A stretch of 64,000 nt of DNA from a virus (Duplodnaviria > Caudoviricetes). Below are positions 37,177 to 45,702 of the stretch, piece by piece. Within the stretch, counting starts at the first letter, position 1; every line of letters begins with the position of its first letter. Below the pieces are notes generated by a model. That model did no database searches. It had not been told where the DNA came from and saw only the letters and a list, made by a program, of their open reading frames with translations. The stretch spans positions 160,001 through 224,000 of the IMG/VR virus record IMGVR_UViG_3300013121_000017. One strand, 5' to 3'. The translations under genes were made by a program, and so were the position numbers.

Positions 37177-38511
37177 ATGAGCAAGAACGAATGGCTCAAA
37201 AGAGCCGAACAACGTAAGGCAACAACCACCAAGAGCGTCCGCGAACGAGCCGCTGAATCCAAGAAGGTGGTAGAGAACATCAAGAAGGCCGTTCCCGATG
37301 CAACTGTCTTCGTGAACTGCTGCACCCGCGACAAGATCCAGATCAAAGACGGTCGGGTCGAGTTTCTGGAGCCTGGAACGCCGCCGGCTCGCCGTGTGTA
37401 CACGTCCGAGGCTCTCGAAGAGAGCCTCAGCCAAGATGATCTACTCCACGAACGCTGGCATCAGCCAGCTACAGATGAGGACATCTGCGTTCCGATTCGC
37501 CCGACTGCGGAAGCCAAAAGGTACGACCACCTTCAACTGATGGAAGACGCGATGGTCGTCTACCAAGTTGGCAGAAGCGAACCCAAGGGTCCGACTGGTC
37601 CAGTCGGAGAGCCAGGGCCGCAGGGCTGTCCCGGCGAAGACTATCTGGGCGAAACCGAAGATGTGGCTTACTTCAAGAACAAGCTGTTCAACGCCATGAA
37701 GATGCCGAAGGAAGTCTCGAAGAAGCTGGCTTCCGAGGACATCAAGTTCGCGCGGGAGTACGAGAAGCAGACTGGCGAATCGCTGTGTGAGTGGAAGGAG
37801 TTGAACTCCAAGGAACTGATGCAGCAGGCCAAGCTTCAGAAGTTGGAAGAACTGAAGATCCAAGTCATGTCGCAGAACCCGTCTTACCTGGGTGTGCCTG
37901 CGTCCCAGTTCAGCAGTTCGGTTTCTATTGGGAGCCAGGGTTTCCAGGGGTGCATGACGCTAAGTGGTCAGAACAACAATCAGCAGTTCCACTACAGCGG
38001 CTCATGTGACACCCTCCAGAAGGGAACTCCGATTCATTTCCAGCCAGAGCAGATCAGCTACCACACCATCGGGGAAGACCGTCGCGTCTTCAGCATCGAG
38101 GTGAAGCCCGAGAACTCTGAGAAGTTCATCGAGAAGCTGAAGGCTGAGTTCAGGAAGAAGGCGTTGAAGAACGTCGAGGCTCAGGCTGCTGATTCTGAGA
38201 TGTGGTTCGCCCCGAACGGTCTGAATCGGGGCAACATCCCCAACATCATCGACGTGTTCGCTGACATCGCGGCGGAAGCCTACATTCAGGTGTCTGCTAA
38301 GGTGGACAAGATGTGCAACGAGGTCTTTCTCGACACCGGCTTCACGATCAACACGCCGCCTCCAGAGGGTATCGTCGGGGCCGGCAGTATCACGATCACC
38401 GCGACATCGCCGACCCTGATGGCAGACTCGATGATCGGCGGAAGCATCATCAGTGGGCCTACTCTGTCGCCGGTCAACGGGGACTATAACATCAACATCG
38501 GCGGATGTTGA
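37177..38511 (+). CDS. Mosaic protein of shuffled gp20-type portal motifs with a collagen-like linker
   Basis: LQLMEDAMVVY, LGETEDVAYFKNKLFNAMKMP, EDIKFAR, RRVFSIEV out of canonical order; GGAGG RBS. Confidence 0.7.
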   Translation: MSKNEWLKRAEQRKATTTKSVRERAAESKKVVENIKKAVPDATVFVNCCTRDKIQIKDGRVEFLEPGTPPARRVYTSEALEESLSQDDLLHERWHQPATDEDICVPIRPTAEAKRYDHLQLMEDAMVVYQVGRSEPKGPTGPVGEPGPQGCPGEDYLGETEDVAYFKNKLFNAMKMPKEVSKKLASEDIKFAREYEKQTGESLCEWKELNSKELMQQAKLQKLEELKIQVMSQNPSYLGVPASQFSSSVSIGSQGFQGCMTLSGQNNNQQFHYSGSCDTLQKGTPIHFQPEQISYHTIGEDRRVFSIEVKPENSEKFIEKLKAEFRKKALKNVEAQAADSEMWFAPNGLNRGNIPNIIDVFADIAAEAYIQVSAKVDKMCNEVFLDTGFTINTPPPEGIVGAGSITITATSPTLMADSMIGGSIISGPTLSPVNGDYNINIGGC

Positions 38512-38546
38512 TGGAATCGCTTCGAGCGATTTTTGGAATCTTTCTG

Positions 38547-38660
38547 ATGCTCATTATTGACGGGCATCCGAAGGAAAAAGCCTGGGGCTGCGGATGTTTG
38601 GTCGCGGTCCTGGGTATTTTGAGTTTGGCTGGTTACGGCCTGTACAAGCTCTTGTTGTAA
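38547..38660 (+). CDS. 37-aa membrane peptide
   Basis: GCGCLVAVLGILSLAGYGLY hydrophobic stretch. Confidence 0.4.
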   Translation: MLIIDGHPKEKAWGCGCLVAVLGILSLAGYGLYKLLL

Positions 38661-38703
38661 GCCTACCGGCGGGTAATCACCGGATTTGTGTCCGATAATT
38701 GGA

Positions 38704-38735
38704 AACGGCGATGACAGAGGTCATCGCCGTTTTTT
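38704..38735. terminator. Bidirectional terminator
   Basis: AAACGGCGATGAC-AGAG-GTCATCGCCGTTTTTT between convergent genes. Confidence 0.8.
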
Positions 38736-39150
38736 ATTCTTCCTTCGGCTTCTTTGGCTTCTCGCCCGCGCCGGGCTTGTACTCTTTGCCAACTTTCCAG
38801 TTTCGCTTCACATCTTTGTGATCCCAGTATTTGCAGCACATACGCTCGGTGACAACCAGTTCAAGGTCTGGGTGCTTGCAGAACATCATGCCGCCGCTCT
38901 TGTCGGCGGCATACTTGCAGTTGCCGCAGTTCGTGCCTTCGATCTTCTCAGGCAGCACAATCAGGTCGGCGTGCTTGAATTTCTTGACCTGTTCTTCGGT
39001 GGTTGGACGGATGCCGTGATCCGGCGTGAACTCGCCGGGCGTCTCCGGTGTCTTCGCGTCTTTTTCGGCTTTGAGCCAGTCCTTGAAGGTTCCCATGACA
39101 GTAGTTATGCCGAAGCCGAGGGGCATTTTTTTGAAACTTTTTGGGTCCAT
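38734..39150 (-). CDS. Protein with a HiPIP-like Cys motif
   Basis: NCGNCKY..FC..V....CCKYW; TATAAATA 7 nt upstream. Confidence 0.6.
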   Translation of the reverse strand: MDPKSFKKMPLGFGITTVMGTFKDWLKAEKDAKTPETPGEFTPDHGIRPTTEEQVKKFKHADLIVLPEKIEGTNCGNCKYAADKSGGMMFCKHPDLELVVTERMCCKYWDHKDVKRNWKVGKEYKPGAGEKPKKPKEE

Positions 39151-39157
39151 CTTCGTC

Positions 39158-39165
39158 TATTTATA
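39158..39165 (-). promoter_or_regulatory. T4-type late promoter
   Basis: Exact TATAAATA on the minus strand. Confidence 0.6.
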
Positions 39166-39233
39166 TTGACGGGAATGACTGGATAGTCAGCCCGTAACCA
39201 AGTGATACGTCATTGGTAACCAAAGGAGGCAAT

Positions 39234-39734
39234 ATGACCAATGCCCTTGCGCGTAGGCGCAACCCCAACTCGTCTCTTGTTCCCTTTCGTGACGAGTTCT
39301 TCTATCCCTTTCAGCAAGCGTTCGACAGCATCTTCAACGACTTCTTCTCTGAGTCGGGGATGTCCTCCGTGCGTGGCCGATTCGGCTATCCGAAGCTGGA
39401 CTCCTACGTCAGTGACGGCCTTTACGTCGTGGAGGTCGCAGTCCCCGGACATACCAAACAGGATGTTCGGGTTGAAGTCTCCGAGAGAGACGGAGCGAAG
39501 CTCCTCAAGATTTCGGGGAAGATGGCTGAAGACTACCAGAACAAGGACGAAACCACCTATTACGTTCGTGAACTACGGCGAAGCAACTTCGAGCGGTGGC
39601 TCACCGTACCCGAGAACGTTGAAGGCGACCCGGATGCGGTTGTGAAGGACGGCATCCTGCGGCTTACTTGGAAGCTCAAGAAGGAAGAGGTTCCAAAGCT
39701 GGCGGGCCGCGAAATCGAGGTTCGCGAAGAATAA
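39234..39734 (+). CDS. Hsp20 small heat-shock protein
   Basis: YPKLD..VAVPG, REL..S.FER, A.VKDGIL; AAGGAGG RBS. Confidence 0.92.
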   Translation: MTNALARRRNPNSSLVPFRDEFFYPFQQAFDSIFNDFFSESGMSSVRGRFGYPKLDSYVSDGLYVVEVAVPGHTKQDVRVEVSERDGAKLLKISGKMAEDYQNKDETTYYVRELRRSNFERWLTVPENVEGDPDAVVKDGILRLTWKLKKEEVPKLAGREIEVREE

Positions 39735-39743
39735 CGGAAACGC

Positions 39744-39778
39744 AAACAGGGCATGGACAAACCATGCCCTGTTTGTTT
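39744..39778 (+). terminator. Intrinsic terminator
   Basis: AAACAGGGCATGG-ACAAA-CCATGCCCTGTTTGTTT. Confidence 0.75.
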
Positions 39779-39789
39779 ATGATGCGTCG

Positions 39790-40071
39790 ATGAGAACGCC
39801 ATTCCGAAAGGGCGTTCGCGTCGTTATCGCGAACGACATGATGATGATCGCTGGCCGCGTTACCGACCCCAAGTACGACCTCGGGGAAGGAAAATGGGGC
39901 GTGTGGGTCATGATCCACCCACAGCCCCAGTTCGATGATTTTGTGCGTGATACAGGCCAGTTCCAATGCGAAGTTGACGTGTGCCACGCCCACGGTGTAT
40001 TCAAGGGTTACACTGGGCCGAGCAAACCTGAGCCAGACGGCAGCATGGAAGTGTTTGTCGTGCCTCAGTGA
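39790..40071 (+). CDS. Hypothetical protein
   Basis: ORF filling the gap. Confidence 0.5.
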   Translation: MRTPFRKGVRVVIANDMMMIAGRVTDPKYDLGEGKWGVWVMIHPQPQFDDFVRDTGQFQCEVDVCHAHGVFKGYTGPSKPEPDGSMEVFVVPQ

Positions 40072-40569
40072 TTACTGACCGTAATTGCAGCCTTCCATGT
40101 CATACTCGTAGCTGATCACGATCCTGTGACGACCCGGCGGCTTGTTGAAGGTGAGGCTTAGTTCCCCAGTCGTCAGATTCAATTCACCAGTCTTGGCAAA
40201 CACGTCCGAAACGTCAAGGGCAAACTTGACGGCCCCAAACTCAAACTTGCCGCTTGAGGAGACAGTAAAAGTCTGGATGGGTTTGGTTCCTGGGTCTTCC
40301 AACTGGATCGTACCAGTTAGCGTACCGGCCAGAACTGGTGTATGTTCAAGGATGAAATAGGAGAACTTTTCGTGGCCATTGTTGTACTGGGTTTCGCCCT
40401 GAACGAATTGGCTGGAGTAGAAGATGTCGAGGTTGGCGCAACCGTAGTCGCCCTGCATCATGCTGAATTCGTCGTCCTGGGGGAATCCTCTGTTCTTTTC
40501 TTTGGATTTCTTCAGCCAGTAGTTGTCAGGCTGTTGGGTGTAAAGACGTTCTCGGTCAAAGATGGACAT
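40072..40569 (-). CDS. Beta-rich protein resembling a major capsid protein insertion region
   Basis: GFP.DD..ANLDIFYSSQFVQ, LEHTPVLAGT.TG, LTTGEL, SYEY.ME (recalled MCP similarity); AAAGGA RBS. Confidence 0.55.
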   Translation of the reverse strand: MSIFDRERLYTQQPDNYWLKKSKEKNRGFPQDDEFSMMQGDYGCANLDIFYSSQFVQGETQYNNGHEKFSYFILEHTPVLAGTLTGTIQLEDPGTKPIQTFTVSSSGKFEFGAVKFALDVSDVFAKTGELNLTTGELSLTFNKPPGRHRIVISYEYDMEGCNYGQ

Positions 40570-41060
40570 TCTTTCCTTTCGTGATTGACGTAAGTGGCTT
40601 CCATGAACCGCCAGACGATGTTGATTTCCACGTCGGCCCGCGACGAGTAACAAAGCTCGCCGAAGTCCACGGTATGGGGCCATAGTCCCTTGAGGGTCCA
40701 CTCCTCAATCATAGTGCCGGACTGCTTGTGCCAGCGTTGAAGGATGCCCTCACCTAACTTACACGCCACAGACTTCATCAACTCGTCGGGGTCTTTGGCG
40801 GTCTTGAATACTTCAGCGCCAATCTCGTAACAGTTGACGAGGATCGGGCAGATGTCAGGGAACTCGCTAGGTATCTCTTCCGGCCAGAAGTATTCGACGC
40901 GGAGCGGCAGCCAGCGGGTCTTCCCAGGACGTTTTGTGCCGTCCGGGTCAACGATTTCCTCAACGAGCATCTTGGGACGCTCGGGGACTTGAACGACGTG
41001 GTTCTTGGTGGTGTGGTTTGGGAACTTCGCCTGGAAGTAGTAAATGAAGGTGTCACGCAT
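40512..41060 (-). CDS. Divergent gp19-like tail tube protein paralog
   Basis: RP....EE..PGK.RW, IEEWTLKGLWP..VDFGEL.YSS. Confidence 0.7.
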   Translation of the reverse strand: MRDTFIYYFQAKFPNHTTKNHVVQVPERPKMLVEEIVDPDGTKRPGKTRWLPLRVEYFWPEEIPSEFPDICPILVNCYEIGAEVFKTAKDPDELMKSVACKLGEGILQRWHKQSGTMIEEWTLKGLWPHTVDFGELCYSSRADVEINIVWRFMEATYVNHERKECPSLTENVFTPNSLTTTG

Positions 41061-41089
41061 CCCTTAAAGAGAGTCGCGACACCTTCGTT

Positions 41090-42373
41090 TTACTGTTCGC
41101 CGTAGCGGAAGTAGTTGTCCCGCTCGGCAGCGGACATTGCCTTGCCACGCTGGGCCGGCTCAAGGTGCATGAAGTCAGACGACTTCGCCACCGGCTCGTA
41201 AGCCAGGAACTTCTCCATGCGGGCTTCCATGCCTGCGATCCGTGCGAAGTCCATTACGTCTTTTCGCATGGCCTCGGCCTTCTGCTTCTGAAGCTCCAGT
41301 TCCGCCTCCTGTTTGTACAGGTCACGCCGACGCAGCATGTTGGCCAGCCGGTCGGGGTTCAACTCGTACAGGTGCAGCAGGAACTCCACGACCTCGAAGA
41401 CGGTTCCGGGGTACTTCTGCTTGGTCAGGGCGTTCTTCACCTTCTTCGGATCGCCGTTGGACTTGAGAATCCAGGCGATGACCGCGTTCGGGTTCCGCAC
41501 GTCTTTGACGCTTGCGAAGTCCTTCACGTCCACATGCAGGTTCGGGAAGGTCGCCGGGAACAGTCCCAGCGACTCGTAGTTGCGGAGGAACATGGCCGGC
41601 TTCAGCGACTGCTTCAGTCCTGCCATGAATTCCATCGCGATACGTTCTCCCGACACACCGGGCAGGGCGCGAAATTCCCAGACCGCTTCCAGGGTTTTCT
41701 CGTCCAGAGCCTTCAGGATGTCGCCCTCGTTGAAGCGGCAGAAGAACCGCACCAGCCGAGGGATACGCAGCCGGTCCTCACGGAAACGGTCGCGCGGGTT
41801 GCCCGGAGTGCGGACAACCTTGTTCTTGATGTCCTGAATGCCCATGCCCTGGCCCTCGCTGTCAAGGTTGTAATCCCTGACTTCGCGGGCGTTGATGTCG
41901 TAGAAGAGGGCGTTGATGGTCAGGTCACGCCGCTTCGCGTCCTTCGCCGGGGTCGAGAAGGCAACCTTGTCGGGACGCCGACCGTCGCCGGAATCCGGGT
42001 CGTACCAGTCCTCACGGAAGGTAGCGATCTCGAATTCCTGCTTGTTCAGCATCGCCGAGATGACGCCGAACGAGATTCCCTTGGGGAATACGCTGACGCC
42101 TGCCTCTTTGGCCTCCCGAGACGATAGAATCTCAACAACACGCTCGGGCTGTGCCGAGGTGGAGAGATCCACGTCCTTGGGCTTGTACGAAGTCCCAGGA
42201 AGATGGAAGTCCTTGTACAGCTTGTCCCTTACGGCTCCACCGACGACGAACAGACTTTCCCCGGCGTCCTTGAACAGGCGTGCCAGTACGCGCACCTCGT
42301 CGGGGAGCGGAATTTCGACAGACAGGCTGTCGAATCGCTCTTCCTCGTTCTCCAGAAAGGTCTTGAAGCTCAT
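41090..42373 (-). CDS. cca: CCA tRNA nucleotidyltransferase (class II)
   Basis: VVGGAVRD, KDVDLST, EIATFRED, RRDLTINAL, RFREDRLR, SGERI; GGAGG RBS. Confidence 0.9.
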   Translation of the reverse strand: MSFKTFLENEEERFDSLSVEIPLPDEVRVLARLFKDAGESLFVVGGAVRDKLYKDFHLPGTSYKPKDVDLSTSAQPERVVEILSSREAKEAGVSVFPKGISFGVISAMLNKQEFEIATFREDWYDPDSGDGRRPDKVAFSTPAKDAKRRDLTINALFYDINAREVRDYNLDSEGQGMGIQDIKNKVVRTPGNPRDRFREDRLRIPRLVRFFCRFNEGDILKALDEKTLEAVWEFRALPGVSGERIAMEFMAGLKQSLKPAMFLRNYESLGLFPATFPNLHVDVKDFASVKDVRNPNAVIAWILKSNGDPKKVKNALTKQKYPGTVFEVVEFLLHLYELNPDRLANMLRRRDLYKQEAELELQKQKAEAMRKDVMDFARIAGMEARMEKFLAYEPVAKSSDFMHLEPAQRGKAMSAAERDNYFRYGEQ

Positions 42374-42546
42374 GGTTTTAACCTCCGTCCAGGGTCTTTC
42401 CAGACTAGACACGCCGGTCGAATCAAAGGCTCTGAAACCTTGCAGCTTTTTCGGTCTTCTCTGCATGAAGGGTATATACCTCGTCGCCGCGTAACGTGGC
42501 GTCTCCTCGTAGCCAAAACCTACGGTTACTCATAGCGAGGTACAAA

Positions 42547-42846
42547 ATGAGCAAGCAGAAAATCCAGTCACTCCTGATCTCCCACTTACTTCAGCACGGT
42601 CACATCGACCTCCGTTTGCCAGACGGCATGGTCCTTGAAATCGGCATCGATCAGGAAGGCACAAACGGAAATTTGGTCAAGAAGGACGACTACTGCTGGG
42701 TTATCGCCTCGCATGGCAACCGGGCAACGACAATCGATTCGTACAACCTCGGCCTTCGGTTCGAGGATGACGCCAGCAAACTGATCTTCGAGGATCGTTT
42801 CACCGACAACGCCGGCCTTGAGGTGCGCCGGTTAGACGTTATCTGA
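42547..42846 (+). CDS. Hypothetical protein
   Basis: GAGG RBS. Confidence 0.65.
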   Translation: MSKQKIQSLLISHLLQHGHIDLRLPDGMVLEIGIDQEGTNGNLVKKDDYCWVIASHGNRATTIDSYNLGLRFEDDASKLIFEDRFTDNAGLEVRRLDVI

Positions 42847-43233
42847 CGTGACGGGCTTACAATAGAGGTTGCCAGACACCTTTTCGACTGTCAGGCTCCC
42901 TTCAAAGGTCAAGATGGCCTCCACCGTGCCGACCGCGACGTGCGTGTCATACGGGATGGTGAAGTCGATCCAGATCAGGAACCCGGATCGTTGAAGTTGA
43001 CAGCGGGAAAGAGTAATTTGGTTGCCCCTATTGGTAAAGTCGGCGTCGGACACAACAATGAAGTTGGTGTCGAGGTTGGCGCGAACCTGCTGCATCGTCC
43101 AAGCCATGAGTCTGGTTGGATTGATGAAGCCGGCCCAGTGAGCTACGAGGAACTCTTCAAGCTTCCCGACATCAACCATGTTCCCTGACGCCGGCATTGC
43201 CCGACACGCAGGTGGGATAAATTCGTTGTTCAT
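42832..43233 (-). CDS. Hypothetical protein
   Basis: ORF between neighbouring genes. Confidence 0.5.
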   Translation of the reverse strand: MNNEFIPPACRAMPASGNMVDVGKLEEFLVAHWAGFINPTRLMAWTMQQVRANLDTNFIVVSDADFTNRGNQITLSRCQLQRSGFLIWIDFTIPYDTHVAVGTVEAILTFEGSLTVEKVSGNLYCKPVTSDNV

Positions 43234-43284
43234 GTGACCCCTTCGGTTACAGGACACTGGCTTCCGTTGTGACGGAGGTATTGT

Positions 43285-43572
43285 ATGGCTGAGAACACAC
43301 GCCCCCAGGAAGAGAAGGGCAAGAAGGGCAAGAAGGGCGATAACTTCTTGAAGGACTACGCAAGTCGCCTTTCTGACGAGCATCTTCGATTTCTCGACAT
43401 GCGTCTCAAGCATCGCCTGACCGGCGACTTGGCCGACGCTGTCACACTCCTCTCAAGCTCGAATGACATGGACCGTCATCTGTCGAGTGCGAAGGGCGCG
43501 GAGGAGTTTTACGACATGCTTGACGCCATTCAGAAGCAGATCGAAAGAGAGTCTCGTCGGCGTCACAGTTGA
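43285..43572 (+). CDS. Hypothetical protein
   Basis: GGAGG RBS. Confidence 0.65.
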   Translation: MAENTRPQEEKGKKGKKGDNFLKDYASRLSDEHLRFLDMRLKHRLTGDLADAVTLLSSSNDMDRHLSSAKGAEEFYDMLDAIQKQIERESRRRHS

Positions 43573-43653
43573 CAACTTGACCGATCTTTGCGAGAATTAC
43601 CCCTGCCATGACAGCAGGGGATTCTTCGCCTATTTCGGCCATTGAGGTGATTC

Positions 43654-45702
43654 ATGCCGCCGCTCATCAAAGTCGGCGACCAGCCACAACTGGTCGAGAC
43701 TTCCAAATACCCATACGCAACATTCCCGTTCGCCAAATTCAATCCGGTCCAGAGCCGTATCTTCGAGTTCTACGATCAGGACTGCAACGCGGTTATCGCG
43801 GCGGCAACGTCCGCCGGCAAGACCATCGTTGGCGAGATGTTTGCCAACCACGAACTACAGGTTCGTGGCGGTTCCTTCATGTACCTCTGTCCTCTCCGCG
43901 CCTTGGCCCAGGAGAAGGTGGATGACTGGACCGACCCAACGCACCCCTTCAGCAAGAAGAAAGTCGCCATCTGCACCGGCGACTACCGGCTGACCAAAGA
44001 GCGGGCGGAAGAAATTGCCGCCGCCAATGTCATCATCATGACATCGGAAATGCTCAACCACCGCTGCCGCAACCACAAGTCGGAAGGCAACACTTTCCTC
44101 CAGAACATCGGGACCATCGTCGTTGACGAAAGTCACCTTCTGACCGTCCCAGGTCGTGGCGACCATCTTGAAGTCGGCCTCATGAAGCTGACCGCGATGA
44201 ACCCGAAGTGCCGCGTCATCATGCTTTCGGCCACGATGCCGAATGTGGACGAGATCGCGGAGTGGGTCAGCTACAACCTCACCAAGCGGAACACCTACGT
44301 TCTTGTTTCCAACTACCGGCCCTGCCCGCTCACCAAGTATTTCGAGAAGTACGCCGACGACGAGAAGACCTACGAGCGGAAGGAAGAGAATAAGATCGAC
44401 AAGGCTCTCGACATCGTCAAATACTACCCCGACGACAAGTTTCTCATCTTCACGCACACGAAGCGTACCGGCGAACGCATGTCGAAAGACTTGACCGCCG
44501 CCGGGATCAAGAACGAGTTCCACAACGCGGATCTCGACAAGGAGAAACGAATTGCGTTGGAGAAGCGGTTCAAGACCGATCCGGCTCTGCGATGCGTCGT
44601 GGCTACGTCTACGCTGGCCTGGGGTGTGAACATGCCCGCTCGCCGCGTTATCGTTCTCGGTGTCCACCGTGGGATGAGCGAGGTAGCGACCTACGACATT
44701 TTCCAGATGATCGGTCGTGCGGGCCGTCCTGCCTTCGACCCCGCCGGTGACGCCTACATCCTCGTTCCCGAGTCGCAAGCGTCCATGTGGAAGGCGAGGC
44801 TGGCAGCCCAGCAACGCATCGACAGCCAACTGCTGGAGAACTATGCTGGCAACTACAAGCTGCTGGCTTTCCACGTCGTCTCGGAGATCCACCACGGCAA
44901 CATCACCTGCGAGGATGACGTGCGTTCGTGGTTTGAGCGGACGCTCGCCCACTTCCAGAGTAAGGAACTGGACGACACCGCCGTGGACAACGTCATCAAG
45001 TTGCTCAAGGAGTGTTTCGCGATTGTGGAAGAGGACGGCAAGCTGAAAGCCACATCCATTGGGGTAATCAGCAGCATGTTCTACTTCAGCCCGTTCGACG
45101 TGAGCCACCTGAAGCGAAACTTCAAGTCGCTCTTCGAGCATGGTCGGGAGAACGATGACCTGTTCGTTTCCATCGCACTGGCGAACATCGACAGCAACCG
45201 CATGGGCTTCGCCAGCCGCGCCGAGAAGGAAGAGCTTGCTGGTTTTGAGCGACGTGTCCGCAACGCCGTCCCGCCCGAAGAGCAGGAGAAGATGAACCTG
45301 ACGGACGGCGCGATGAAGGCCGCGTTCATGTACAACTGCTTGCTGACCGGCTCGCCGACCAACATCATGGCCGGGGCCATGCGTGGCATGCAACACGATT
45401 CGCCGCGTCTTCTGGCCGTCGTTCAGGCTCTGGATAGCATGGGCAGCAAGTGGGGCCAGCGGGCCTTCCTTGAGACGCTGGAGAAGCGTATTCGGTACGG
45501 CGTGCCGCAGCACCTGATCGAACTGGTCAGCATCCCTCACCTTGGGCATGTTCGCGCCAACAACCTCTACAAGGCGGGCATCAAGAATCTCGAAGAGCTT
45601 GTCGAGGCGAAGCCGGAAGACCTGATGCGGATCACGAAGATGAGTCGTAAGCTCGTTGACGAAGTGATCGAGGAAGCCAACATCAAGATGGCGACGACTT
45701 GA
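43654..45702 (+). CDS. Ski2/Hel308-like DExH helicase with C-terminal HhH
   Basis: ATSAGKT, PLRALAQEK, VDESH, LSAT, TSTLAWGVN, QMIGRAGRP. Confidence 0.92.
   Translation: MPPLIKVGDQPQLVETSKYPYATFPFAKFNPVQSRIFEFYDQDCNAVIAAATSAGKTIVGEMFANHELQVRGGSFMYLCPLRALAQEKVDDWTDPTHPFSKKKVAICTGDYRLTKERAEEIAAANVIIMTSEMLNHRCRNHKSEGNTFLQNIGTIVVDESHLLTVPGRGDHLEVGLMKLTAMNPKCRVIMLSATMPNVDEIAEWVSYNLTKRNTYVLVSNYRPCPLTKYFEKYADDEKTYERKEENKIDKALDIVKYYPDDKFLIFTHTKRTGERMSKDLTAAGIKNEFHNADLDKEKRIALEKRFKTDPALRCVVATSTLAWGVNMPARRVIVLGVHRGMSEVATYDIFQMIGRAGRPAFDPAGDAYILVPESQASMWKARLAAQQRIDSQLLENYAGNYKLLAFHVVSEIHHGNITCEDDVRSWFERTLAHFQSKELDDTAVDNVIKLLKECFAIVEEDGKLKATSIGVISSMFYFSPFDVSHLKRNFKSLFEHGRENDDLFVSIALANIDSNRMGFASRAEKEELAGFERRVRNAVPPEEQEKMNLTDGAMKAAFMYNCLLTGSPTNIMAGAMRGMQHDSPRLLAVVQALDSMGSKWGQRAFLETLEKRIRYGVPQHLIELVSIPHLGHVRANNLYKAGIKNLEELVEAKPEDLMRITKMSRKLVDEVIEEANIKMATT

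Noticed and set aside
37177-38511. Annotating this ORF as the functional portal protein
   Set aside because: The motifs are out of order and most of the wing and stem sequence is missing; there is no terminase or head gene context
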